The position numbers were made by a program, and so were the translations under genes. 64,000 bases of DNA, taken from contig NC_068990.1 of NCBI RefSeq assembly GCF_001194135.2, forward strand, positions 69,302,548 through 69,366,547, in the 5' to 3' direction. Each line of letters starts with the position of its first letter. Positions within the stretch are counted from its first letter, which is position 1. Shown here in pieces: positions 24,824 to 37,274 of this stretch. The stretch comes from Octopus bimaculoides (lineage: Eukaryota). The notes below the pieces were generated by a model. It saw nothing but the letters and a program-made list of their open reading frames with translations, had not been told where the DNA came from and searched no databases.

Positions 24824-25612
24824 CAATCTAACGTTGTTACACCATAAAACATGTCTAAATGCAACAGATGAGTTTATGAGAGAGTCGGAAAGAAATGAGG
24901 CTCTCCGTCTTAGAACGAAGAATTGAAAGATATGTAGTGATATAGATAATCCCTGGAGGGTATAATACCTAACTTTGGGAGTGAAAGCTATGCCGAACTC
25001 TGAACTGGAAACTTCTGTGTAGGGCCAAAGTATGTATGTGTGTGTGTATATATATATACTCAAAGCAAATACATCACGAAAGGCAAATTAACTACGGTAA
25101 TTGTCCAATGGTAATACACGTTATGGATGTACTGTGTTTTAAAACACAGATATATCAGTAACTGGCGAAAACCTTCCAGCAGCAACAGTGAAAATGATTG
25201 TTGATGCAGATTTTTGTCACGCTTGATTTTGTCAGTAGCATGTGCTTTCTATCAGCTACTCGCAAAATCTGTCATTGCTGATACAGGAAAACGGTAATAG
25301 AAAAATCGCTGGTGTTGCAAGTAGCTGCCCGGTTCATTAAAAGTCCGTTGTATGCCAGCTGAGGGCTTTCAGGACAAGTGTAGTTTACGGTAACTAACCT
25401 ACCTGTTAAGCACATTAGCAGCATGTACCGGTACCTTCTGTGACTGGCCAGTTCATGTCAGTCAGACCAATTATAATAAACCTTAGAGTTACCGGTTACT
25501 TTTAAACATTTACAGACAGGGTTTCTTGAAACTGGTTAATTTATCACTCTTTCATAAGCATCAGTACTCTTACTGGGTGAACATTAATTTCCAGCAACTG
25601 TAAAACCTTCTC

Positions 25613-25810
25613 ATGGCTCCAAGTGATAAACGAAGGAAATATGAAGATGGTGTTAAACTGAAAGCGGTAGCATACGCCAAATCCCACAACCGTGCTGCTG
25701 CGAGAGAATACGGTGTAACCGAGAAGATGGTAAAAGTTTGGAGATTAAAGGAAGACTTATTAAGGAGTATACCCAGGAGAAAATGTGCAACGAGAGGAGG
25801 TACTACAACA
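25613..25810 (+). pseudogene. pogo-family transposase N-terminus (Brinker-like HTH), truncated
   Basis: MAPSDKRRKYEDGVKLKAVAYAKSHNRAAAREYGVTEKMVKVWR...RKCA resembles the BrkDBD of pogo/POGK-type transposases. No catalytic domain follows. Confidence 0.7.
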
Positions 25811-25999
25811 CTGGCCGATTCTAGACAAGTATGTAACAGTCATGGTTTGTGAGCAACGTCAAATGGATACTTTGTTTCAAGACCAATAAGTCTCGCGAAG
25901 CAAGACAGTTTCAAATTAAAACAATACTAGCAGTCTACTTTATAACATTTCTAATATATTACAATATGATACGGCACGAAATCGCACACACATACACAT

Positions 26000-26037
<38 letters not shown>

Positions 26038-26140
26038 TGATCTAATTATAAATCTCACAGAGAGACATAAGCAGCAGTGTTACGATAAAGCAGTTGTTTA
26101 CTGTCAACTTAATGTGACAGACACATTAAGGGAATCATAC

Positions 26141-26370
26141 TGCTGCTATTTAGCCCTAGGAAGCTGGACCGCTTCCTGTTGGCCTTGACACATTTCCTGT
26201 GTCCTTATATTTGTGAAGGGGAGACAAGCCTCCCCACCCAGCCTAGTCTGCATTCAGGGACATGTTTCTGAGTCATTGCTCGTCATCAGCCTGAAGTAGC
26301 CGACCAGCTGGCTGAAAACAATGTCTCAAGGCCAACAGGAAGCGGTCCAGCTTCCTAGAGTTAAATAGCA

Positions 26371-26373
<3 letters not shown>
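26141..26373. mobile_element. 233-bp element with 54-bp terminal inverted repeats enclosing a hammerhead ribozyme
   Basis: 26141-26194 versus 26320-26373 are 51/54 complementary. The right end abuts (TA)n. No TSD identified. Confidence 0.85.
26253..26295 (-). ncRNA. Minimal type I hammerhead ribozyme
   Basis: Minus strand UUCAGG-CUGAUGA-C GAG caauga CUC A-GAA-ACAUGU-C-CCUGAA: 6-bp stem I, intact core, palindromic stem III and a GUC cleavage triplet. The stem II closing pair is mismatched (C-A). Confidence 0.75.
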
Positions 26374-26406
<33 letters not shown>

Positions 26407-26554
26407 ACTTTTCTGAGGGACATACCGAAAGAACGCCTATGAGGCATATTATACACACCGTAAGTAAATCTGTAAATATATTTCAAGTAAATGGTGTTAC
26501 TATGGCATACTTGACACCATGTTAGTTCCTGTAAAATAACCGACGTTTGAGTAA

Positions 26555-26690
26555 CGTCACTATGGTACTGTTTAGCAATAGAATAAGTACTAGGCTTACA
26601 AAGAATAAGTCCTGGGGTCGATTTGTTCGACTAAAGGCGGTGCTCCAGCATGGCCGCAGTCAAATGACTGAAACAAATAAGAGAATAAAA
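26555..26690 (+). mobile_element. SINE family B, 3' end
   Basis: GAATAAGTACTAGGCTTACAAAGAATAAGTCCTGGGGTCGAT...CAGTCAAATGACTGAAAC. Confidence 0.8.
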
Positions 26691-27350
26691 AATATATGTA
26701 TGTATATATATGTATATGCATGTATATATATGTGTGTGTGTATGTATGTGTATATGTATATATATATATATATATNNNNNNNNNNNNNNNNNNNNNNNNN
26801 NNNNNNNNNNNNNNNNNNNNNNNNNNNNNNNNNNNNNNNNNNNNNNNNNNNNNNNNNNNNNNNNNNNNNNNNNNNNNNNNNNNNNNNNNNNNNNNNNNNN
26901 NNNNNNNNNNNNNNNNNNNNNNNNNNNNNNNNNNNNNNNNNNNNNNNNNNNNNNNNNNNNNNNNNNNNNNNNNNNNNNNNNNNNNNNNNNNNNNNNNNNN
27001 NNNNNNNNNNNNNNNNNNNNNNNNNNNNNNNNNNNNNNNNNNNNNNNNNNNNNNNNNNNNNNNNNNNNNNNNNNNNNNNNNNNNNNNNNNNNNNNNNNNN
27101 NNNNNNNNNNNNNNNNNNNNNNNNNNNNNNNNNNNNNNNNNNNNNNNNNNNNNGAATGTTTCATTTAAAAATTTTTATGCATGTATATATATATACAATT
27201 AAACCTTGGGAGAGGCATTATGCCGGTAATAAACACACGCACTGGTTCAGTCCTTTATTAATTTATATAGTTTTTTGTTAAATTATTTCATTGCACTCTT
27301 GCAATCTCTTCAGTAACTTGTCTCTCCATTTATTTTGAAATGCACATACG

Positions 27351-27387
<37 letters not shown>

Positions 27388-27410
27388 TATTTGCGTGTAA
27401 GTGTATACAT

Positions 27411-27465
<55 letters not shown>

Positions 27466-27760
27466 TGAATAAATTCGCTCTCAAAAGCAAGTTTTGTTTG
27501 ATTTAACTTGTCTTATTAGAATTAAGTCAGTGGTGAGGATGGTCCGGAAAATACAGGAATAGGCTCCGCGATTTAGGACAATCGTATAAGGATCCCCTGG
27601 CAAAATAGTTTTGGAGTCACTGATGTAAAGCCAGCCGATGTAGACTGCACAGTTTCGGTGTTTTTGTTTCGAAGGATATCAACGGGATATATCTGTTTTG
27701 CATCCCACGTATTGTCTTTGATCAAAAGACCGTACCGCTATCCTAGAGTTTATTATTTAT

Positions 27761-27975
27761 GGCGGCGAGCTGGCAGAAACGTTAGCACGCCGGGCGAAAT
27801 GCTTACCGGTATTTCGTCTTATCTTTACGTTCTGAGTTCAAATTCCGCCGAGGTCGACTTTGCCTTTCATCCTTTCGGGGTCGCTAAATTAAGTACCAGT
27901 TGCGTACTGGAGTCGATCTAATCGACTGGTCCCCTTCCCCAAAATTGCGGGCCTTGTGCCTAGAGTAGAAAAAAA
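27761..27975 (+). mobile_element. Full-length, well-preserved family A SINE
   Basis: GGCGGCGAGCTGGCAGAAACGTTAGCACGCCGGGCG...GGCCTTGTGCCTAGAGTAGAAA. Confidence 0.9.
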
Positions 27976-28289
27976 TAGAATCTATTATTTATTAATGCTT
28001 AGCTCTGAGGGAAACGCAGTGTGCATGGTTGTTTATAAGTTTTCTGAACCCATTGATGGTAAGAAAGAAGTACCCTCAAACTAGAAAACTAGAATCCTCG
28101 CCTGAAAGCATCCAGTGGAGGAGACTCTGCTAGGGTCACTAGAGAACGAGTTGGTGGTGCTGAACTAATCGACAGATTAAACCCCTTTTTGTTTTTTTTT
28201 CTCAGGGCTCATAGTGCCAATAACCCGGTTTTGTATGTATGATGTATGTATACAACATTATCCCTGACAGGATACCGGTTCGTTACAGG

Positions 28290-28495
28290 GTTCAAGGCCT
28301 GCAGTTTACAAAAGTGGGAACAAGTCGATTGCATTGACCCCAGTGCTTGACTGGTACCTTATTTTATCGACCCCGAAGTAATGAAAGACAAATTTGAAAT
28401 CGGCTACAATTGAACTCAGCGGGTGAAAAACTGGAAGAAATGCCGCTAAGCACTTTGTCCGACATGCTAACGATTCTACCAGCTCGCCACCTTAA
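28290..28495 (-). mobile_element. Family A SINE
   Basis: Reverse copy ending CCAGCTCGCCACCTT. Confidence 0.75.
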
Positions 28496-29627
28496 ATTAC
28501 GTCTACCACCTACGTAAACCACGGTGGGGTTTGAACCCCGTGTGTGTTTCTACCGGTGTGTGAAGAATCAGAACACACACCGCAAAGCATCTCGTCCGGC
28601 CGATTCCCTCAATTCTCCCGCAACGCCGATATACTTATTTATCGACCTCGCTGTTTTCAGTTGTCTTGAGACCTACCCGAAATCCCTGACAGTCCTAAAA
28701 GTATTTTCTGATTCTAAAAATAATCAAATTCTTTGGGTTAGAATAGTGGGTCAGATCGTAAAAATTTAGGGAACGAGGAAACGGTACGGCACGATCTTCG
28801 AAATCTGTAATGTTTAACATTTTAGCGTTGTTAAATTATTATCTGATTATCGTATCAGAAATCTGGGATGGAAAAGATAAGAGATGTGAAGCGCTATGTT
28901 GTTGTCATTGGCGAAGAGGATAGCTAATAGTGAACCACGGGTCGTTAGGAACAGAGAGGAGGAGGGAGATAAAAAGGGGTGTCTCAGAGAAATGATAGTG
29001 TAGTCAGTCAGTCATTCGGGGAATGGTTCGTGCCTGCAAACACACACACACACACAATCACACCCACGTACGCACGCGTACATGTCTGTTGGGACGGATG
29101 CTTGGTGCGTTTGCACTTGTGCGTAAATATGTAAGTAAATTATGCAATATATAATTACATTTGTTAGGAGCCTTTCGATGAAGGAAAAACATGGTTCGTT
29201 TCTGTGTAATAAAGTGAGTCAGGAAAATTTTGGCTTGATTTAATTCTTTACTTCAGATGTAAAGGATAGGTGAGAGAAAGGGGAGCAGAGAGAGAGGAAG
29301 AGGAGGTGAGATACGTCGGTTGAATAAAAAGATAGAGTAAAAGAAAGATAATTAATTGGACGTGGTGAGTTTATCTGCAGATCAGACGTGATCTTCCTTG
29401 AATGTAATTTTTCAGTTGATGCCGTATAAGTGCATAGCCTCGGCAATCGAACTTCTGATGCAATTAATCGAATTCGCAGAGCAGGCGATAAATTACAAAA
29501 TTACAATATATTTGTCGTTAATAAGTAAGTCGGATTTTGGGGGAATGGCAGTTATTTATTACCTCATGGAGAAGGAAACGGCACAGAGGTGCAAAAATTT
29601 AACAAAACGGAAACTAAGAATTCTGTG

Positions 29628-30015
29628 GGCACAGGAATAGCTGTGTAGTTAAGAAGCTCGCTTTGCAACCATGTGGTTTTGGGTTCTGTCCCACTGCGCA
29701 GCACCCTGGGCAATTGCCTCTTAGTATAGTCCCAGGCTGATCAATGCCTTGTGAGTGAATTTGGTAAACGGAAATTATGTGGAAGCCCGTCGTTTATAAG
29801 TGTATGTGTGTTTGTATTTGCTTTACCCATTGCTTGACAAACTTCGTTGGTTTGTTTATGACCCCGTAACTTAACGGTTCGACAAAAGAGAACTATAGTG
29901 TAAGTTCTATATAAGTTCTAGAAAAAGAAAGTACTGGGGTCGAATTGTTCGACTAAAACCCTTCAAGGAAGTGCCCCAGCATAGCTGCAGTCCATTGTCT
30001 GAAATAGATAAAAGA
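29628..30015 (+). mobile_element. Full-length diverged family B SINE
   Basis: Colinear with 14431-14826. Confidence 0.8.
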
Positions 30016-30469
30016 AGTTAACAGAACATAGAGAATAATGATTCTCGCTACATGAAACACGGTAATAGTTAAAAAAACGCATAAAAACCCACTCAATTCC
30101 CTGTCGTTTTCTTTCTCCATGCGGTTAAAGACAGCTATTGCTATTCGACAACTCTGCTGTAAGTTATTACGATTCTGATAAATATACACGGATTATGTAA
30201 TGAAACTAAATACCAAAGCGCTTCTGTTTAATTAGTAATTTAGTGTAGACACAATATCTATGCGATGCGACTCCCACTCAAACTTTGTTTTTTAGCACTA
30301 TTATCATCAGCGTTCTAATCGTTTCACTTGCTTCTTCTCATATGGTCTTTGATAATCTTTAATTAGCCACATCGATATAAACCCTATTAATGACTTTCAT
30401 ACACTTGGAGTTAGACATTGATTTGAATTTAGGGGCCAATAAGTTGTTATTGTTGAGAAATTCATACGG

Positions 30470-30900
30470 CAATGAGCTAGCAGAATTGTTATCGCACCGG
30501 ACAAAACGCTTAGTGTTATTTCGTCCGTCTTGACGTTTAGGGTTCAAATTTCGCCGAGGTCGACTTTGCCTTTCATCCTTTCGGGGTCGATGAAATATGT
30601 ACTACCTGAGTACTGGGATCGATGTAATCGACGAACTCCGCCTCTCTTTAAAGTTGCTGGTCTTCTGCTTAAATCAAAAACCATTAGGACGTTGGGCTGG
30701 TCGGAGCGCCGGACAAAATGCCTTACATTATGTGAATCAGCTCTTTACGTTCTAGTTTCAAATCCCGCCGAGGTCTGCTAAAACTTTCATTCCTCTGGGG
30801 TAAAAAAATAGTAAAGTGCCAGTCAAGTATTAGAGTTAATGTAATCAACTGAACCCCTTTCCCTCAAAATATCTGTCCCTGTGCCTAAATCAGAAAGAAT
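30470..30900 (+). mobile_element. Two tandem family A SINEs
   Basis: Two GTTCAAAT..CGCCGAGGTC B-box/core junctions at ~30545 and ~30760. Confidence 0.7.
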
Positions 30901-31507
30901 TATTATGTTCAAAGAAAAATGTGGATTAAAGAAACTGTAATTGGGTCCAAGACAGACAGTGATTGTTTCTAAAGTAAAGAAAGAGTAAGTCGTTTATGCT
31001 GATACCCAGCAGTTGACTGGTATTTCATTCTATTGACCCTGGAGGAATGAAAATTGTTTGACTTATTCTCTCCTCTTCCTCCGCCTATACAGTTTTTCAC
31101 TATTCTTCGATATTGACCTCGACAGGATTAGAAAGAACTCAAAGCATAAAGAATCGGAACAACTCCTGCTCTGAATCACCCGTTCTAATATACTCGATAA
31201 TTGCTTCTAATTTAGGCACAAGGCTAACAATTTTGAGGGCAGGGAACAGTCGGTACCAGCAACCCAGTACTTGAATGGTAGTTTATTTCATCAACCTCGA
31301 AAGTAGGAAAAACAAGTTGACGCTAATAGGATTTGAAGTGAGAGTATAAAGAGCCGGAACAAATATCACAAAGCATTTTGTTCGACGATGTAACGATTCT
31401 GTCAATTTCCTACTTAAATATAATCGTCAATGAAAACAAACTATATATACAATTTTGGTTCAAAATTGTCTTTCTCTATATATTTTCTCTAGAACGAAAT
31501 TGCATTT

Positions 31508-32057
31508 ACTAGCGGGACCCGTGAATATTTCACGGAATTAATGGTAAACTTATTGAGTTATTTCTGAAAACTTTATTCAAAAAAACCTGAACGTAGCCTA
31601 CTTGTGTTGTGTCTGTATCGAAAGATAGTCGCTCATCTGCTAATCATTGAAAAGTGAGGGATGTAGCCGACATATTTGTATTACCTTCCGGAAGTGAAGT
31701 ATTCTGAATGTAGCGGACTAACTAAAATACAATGATTACTTAATGCACTTTTTGCATACACTTTATATACTTTATGGACTATTTTATAGACTCTAATACA
31801 CACCACTCTCCCTCTTTCTCTCTTACTCTCCGCCTTACCCTCTTTTTCTCTGTCCTTTTTCTTTCGCTCTTCGCCTTTCCCTTCAACTTATCACGTGAAA
31901 GCGTTACAGATGGGCTATGTAACGGAAAAAATATTTAAAAGCAAAAAATTACACATTTCACGCTCCTCTACCTGCCCTCCCCCTTCAATTAATCACGTGG
32001 AAGCATTATGGACGGGCTAAGTAAAGGGGTGACAAGCAGAATTATTATAAGATTAGA
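31508..32057 (-). mobile_element. Non-autonomous Helitron-like element
   Basis: ACTAG terminus next to the hairpin CCGTGAA-tat-TTCACGG. Internal ~100-bp tandem units (CCCTTCAA.T.ATCACGTG.AAGC..TA at ~31880 and ~31981). A similar hairpin end occurs at ~21096-21122. Confidence 0.6.
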
Positions 32058-34052
32058 AAAAATCATTTCCACAAATTAAAAAACAAAATAAAGATACTTT
32101 CAGATTTGAACTTTGTTTCATTGATCGGAATGATAACAGTTAAGTGAAAATATTTGGCTCTTTTACCATTGGTTGTTTGTAAACATCAAGTTACTGACTG
32201 ATTGTCATTTTAACTGATCGTGGAAACGGAAGCTTTCAGAAATCACTTTATTCAGATCGAATTGAATCAATGGCCAACTTTTATGCTACATTATTTTTTT
32301 TTTTTTTAGTCAAAATCGAAAAAATGCAGCAATTAACCAATCAAATCTGTATAAATGTGATGCTAAAAGGTTTGGTGTTTTAAAAAAATTATGTAAATAC
32401 CTTTTGTTTCAATTCCAATACCATATTCTATTTTAGATCATAAGGATTTTAGTAACCGTTATAAACTTTAGATGTAGCCGACATATTTGTATTACCTTCC
32501 GGAAGTGAAGTATTCTGAATGTAGCGGACTAACTAAAAATGGAGGCTTGTAAAAAATTAAATCATCATGGATGAAACTCATCCGGAGAACTTATTGCTAA
32601 TAAATGTATTCACTTTACTCAGACGGACATCAAGTACCCAGTTGGACTATTGTCTTCCGGTTCCAATAACCGGAGTTCAATATGTACAGTTTATTATCTC
32701 GTTTATGGTAAAGCATCACTACTAGCGTGGTGTGCCCCAGTGGCCAGTTATTTTAAGGGAGATAATCATTTCTAGATAAGTCTTGGCAGGACTGGAAGTT
32801 TGGATTTTAAATCGAAGAACAAGGAAGAAGATGCATAGAGTAGACATATTTATTTACTTTTGCTTAGTCGTTAAAAATGTCTTAAAATGTTTGCTCTTCG
32901 GTAATCATGTGTAACGCCATTTCATTCTTATTGAAAATCGTCAGCATGACATAACCCGAGGTAAATACATTAAATTTATCAGGCAGCTTTTATTTATTTA
33001 TTTATTTATTTTTTAGAGGAATTTGTATTGATGAGAATAGCGGGTTTCTTGTGTCTTATAAGTATACTTTTAAAGTTACCCATCATATGACGAGTAACAC
33101 TCTTATGCATGCATGTATACATGGATGAATGGATGGATGGACGGACGGATGGATGGGTGGATGGTACCTCCATCGATGAAGAGTGGCAGTACATCTGTTC
33201 ATCTAGCTTAGGTTGTTGTTTTTTTGTTTGTTTTTTGCAAGATAGTCTGACAGTTGCCCATGCGTACAAGTTTACCCTCTCCATTACAATGTTTATCCTA
33301 GGGAAAGGCCACCAACTTACACTGTTACAACTTGGTGCCAGCGCAGTTGTTACTGTCAGATTGCAAAATAACTGAAACAGATACTGCAAGGCATCTCGAC
33401 CCCTACCCTACTTCTTGTGATTCCTCCAACTCACTGCTTTGAAGTGGTCCTCTTTATCGATCTCAAAAGAAAGAGAAAAGAAGTTAGCCCCACGGGATTT
33501 GAACTCCGTATCCAAAAATTCAGAGAAAATACTGTGAAACATTCCATCGGACTTTCTAACGACTCTGCCAGCCTGTTGCGGTCAGCTTTGCTTGCTTTAT
33601 TAAACTAATTAACACACATGTTAGATTGGTGTTAGCTGAACAGGCGAAAACAGAATTTCTGAGTCAGTCTAGAATCGTCAAATAACCCTTAATGAGGAGT
33701 AGGTGTGACCATTTAATTTTGAATTAAGCTATTAAATGATCACAAGAATTAAACTTGCCACTATAAATATACAAATATGCATCCTGGTGGCATACATCAG
33801 GAAGGTGACCATCCCTATGAGTACATTCTGCCATGACCGCCGATTAATGAGGCTTTTAAATACATCAAATAGCAAGACAATATTATTCAAGACTTTCTGG
33901 CATGTTTCTGTGGTATTTCACAAAACGGTATTCACACAGTTTGAGCTAGTTCTTCTTAACTTAAGTTTGTAGCATAGGAATTTAATTTGAGACTGAGCCA
34001 TTCAGGATCCAAATTGAGCCAAGGAACATACTATTATATTAGCTCTTTTGGC

Positions 34053-34305
34053 TAACAACTTACTGGTGCAAGTGCTACCTGTTGAAGATTCAGTATACCG
34101 GATGCTAGCAAGCTTATGGGATCATCAAGAGATAATCTATGCCGTTTCAGGGCCTTCCTCTCGACAGTATTATCGCACACCAGCTCCCTTCACTGATATG
34201 AGGCCCCGCTTGCGAGATCAACTGGTTTCTAGGTTTCGCTCAATACTCATCTAGCCATTGCTCATCGTCTCAAACCCGGTGGCTTGCCTTTTCCACTGTA
34301 TTTTC
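34053..34305 (-). mobile_element. Second HERO 3'-end fragment
   Basis: Colinear with 2662-2915 (CACTGA.ATGAGGCCC..CTTGC.AGAT..A.TGGT). Encodes TVEKASHRV. Confidence 0.75.
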
Positions 34306-35947
34306 GCATTTGTATAGGCTGTGCAGTTAACGACATCATTAATAAGTGTCTTTTACTATAACCTCAGACAATGCCTTGAGAGTGAATTTGGTTAATGGAA
34401 ACTACATGGGAGCCCGCCGTATGTAAACCACACACACATATGTGTGTGTGTATCTGTGTTTGTCCTCTCCAACGTCATATGACAACCATCAGTCTTGTAT
34501 GCGTCTAGCCTCCTCAATTTTACATTAATCATTAACCCCACTCCTTTCTCACCTGAATATCATCCCTGTGGAATCTGCTCCCTACTCATGTCTTTCTTGC
34601 AAGTATTTACCCAAAACACTTTAAGTGGAACCTTATCAGTATAAAGCACATCAGGTCTCGGAGGGCCTGAAAAGGTCATGGGCTCTGCCCCTCCATCTAA
34701 ACTCAACGACTAAAAACACTTGATTCTTATATATTCGATGGTCTTTGTATATATTTAGTTTCTTTGATGTTTAATCTTATCAACACTCAGTGGTCATTAT
34801 CTTCTATTAGAGATGACATGGGTACCTCCACTTTGATAGTCCCTCTCCTAGGTGCAGGTCTGGGCAAAATTCTGTGGTGTTTGGAGAAGACCAGCAGTTA
34901 ACCATTCGCATACATGTCCCCTTCTTCAAGCCACAGGTGTTGATCAAGTTGCCCAAGTGAAAGGCAGCAATTATACAGTTTGGAACCAGTTCCGCCCCAG
35001 TCCAGACGTTGCTGTCAGAACTCAAAGAGATGAAACATATATTGCAAGGAATCCTAGCTGATGATCTACCAATTCCACCAATTCACTGCCCTCCAATCGT
35101 ACTTTATTTATCGACCTCGGAATAGATGAAAAGTAAAATTAGCCTCTATAGGATTTGAACTTAGACCTGAAAGCATTGGAGTAAATACCGCAAAGCATTC
35201 TATCCGATGCTCTAACGACTCTGTCAAATTCGCCACTTCATACTGCAGTATCATTAGCTAATTAGTTCTGCTCACTTAATTGTTGGTCTGTGAATATGAA
35301 GAAACATTTGTTGCTTTTGTCACGTGATCGACTGTGTCTGTATAAATCAGAGTTTGGTAAAGTAGTCAACATTGACCCCGAGGTCGATTGACATCTGAAA
35401 CGATTTAGCTCTTTAAGTGCACTGAATTATTCACGAACTGAATCTGGAAGAGCGTGGATAATTTAAGGCTAAAACTCATTAATTTCCCGCCAAACATCGA
35501 TGCAATATTAACTAGTATTCACCAAATCTATAATTCATATTACATATCAATAAAATATGACTGAATTTTTATAGTGTTTTTTTTTTTTATCAATTTCGTT
35601 AGAACAACTACCATTTCTAGGAGACAGGTGTACCAGTACTGAGGATAGGTGAGACCCTAAAACCAACTGGTCTATTAGTCTTGTCGCCGCTAGATGGGAG
35701 TTGTTCGCTCCATTGTTTGCCATATATTGGACACAGATATTGTGTGGATACAAAATTAGGCGTTTCATCTTATTATATGTATAGCTACTTTGGAGTAGAA
35801 AACCCACTGACTCACTAGCTACGATGTTGACTAATCATCAGATCTTGTTAGGCAGGATAGCTAACCCGAACATATCGATCACGAACAAATTACATCACGT
35901 TTATGATCTTGTCTTAAATTCGTATATATATTGCATATCTATATGTG

Positions 35948-36036
<89 letters not shown>

Positions 36037-36249
36037 NNNNNNNNNNNNNNNNNNNNNNNNNNNNNNNNNNNNNAATACTAGCTTACGTACCCAGTAATTC
36101 CCGAGAACGCGGGGCTTATCCCTTGGTGACGTTCTAATAATTGCTTCGCTAATCCAGTAACAACACAAAGCATGTAGCCCTTAAAACGGTTTTTGTGCAT
36201 TTATTGACAATACCGATCTGTCTTACACAGGATTTTGTTTTTAAGAATT

Positions 36250-36490
36250 CAAATAAAGGAGAGTTTCTATATCTTCTGGAACCATTCCAAGTTACTTCAT
36301 AGTAGTCCTTATGCCGTCCTTAAACTTTCTTTTAGGTTTACATCGATAGCGTTTCCCCTCTGCAAGCTCACCATAAAACAGTTGCTTCGGCATGCGTTAA
36401 TCTACTATTCGAACAATATGGCCACACCATCTCAATTGATACCTCAAAATCATTGCTTTAATTTAGGTGATGCGATGAAGGCATTTTTGG
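36250..36490 (-). mobile_element. RTE (BovB-like) LINE C-terminal fragment
   Basis: Minus-strand ILRYQLRWCGHIVRIVD*RMPKQLFYGELAEGKRYRCKPKRKFKDGIR. Confidence 0.8.
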
Positions 36491-36990
36491 TGGAATTGTT
36501 CTAACAATTTAAAATGCCTTTCATAACAAGTCCAAGTTTCAATTTGGTGCTAGTTTTTCAACGGTTACCAAGCACAACGAATCGAGCAAAGTTTTTAATC
36601 CTAGGTATATAGTGAGACCTGCTGATGAGAATTAAGAGTGGCAAACTCTCCAAATTTGAAATCAGTTGATCCAGAGATATCTATTTCTTCATTCTGCGGC
36701 TTTCTGCCGAGATGGTAAGTTAATTTCTTTGGTCGTAGCCCGATTTGTGTTGCGCTTATTATTTTTCCAGTGATTGGTGGTTTTCTGAGAGGATTTTTCG
36801 ACTCTGATTTTCACAACAATGCTGGCACCGCGTATGATCTGTTATAATTATAAATTAATTATAAAATTTTGGATTTGCTGTTTATCGGCTTTTGCTTATA
36901 TTATATTTGTTATTATTCATTTTATTAATGATAATAATTAATAATATCTATATAAATATTTGCGAATATTTATTCGTTTAGTATATGATG

Positions 36991-37047
<57 letters not shown>

Positions 37048-37191
37048 TTGTGTATAGCGCTCAGGTGCACTACAACTTATCAATGGTGCATGTACTGTAC
37101 ATAGAATTATGTACAAACGTCAGGAAAGTGAAAAGTGTATGAATCATGATATTCATGATGCGTGGAAGTGGGGCATGAGGTGTAGGATATA

Positions 37192-37274
<83 letters not shown>

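Noticed and set aside
35025-35070. GAAAC...CUGAUGA as a type II hammerhead
   Set aside because: Stems II and III cannot be formed in the required register.
36615-36675. CUGAUGA...GAAA motif (a similar weak case occurs at ~61663)
   Set aside because: Stem I complementarity is absent or at most 3 bp and stem III is disrupted. Possibly old relics, but not supportable.
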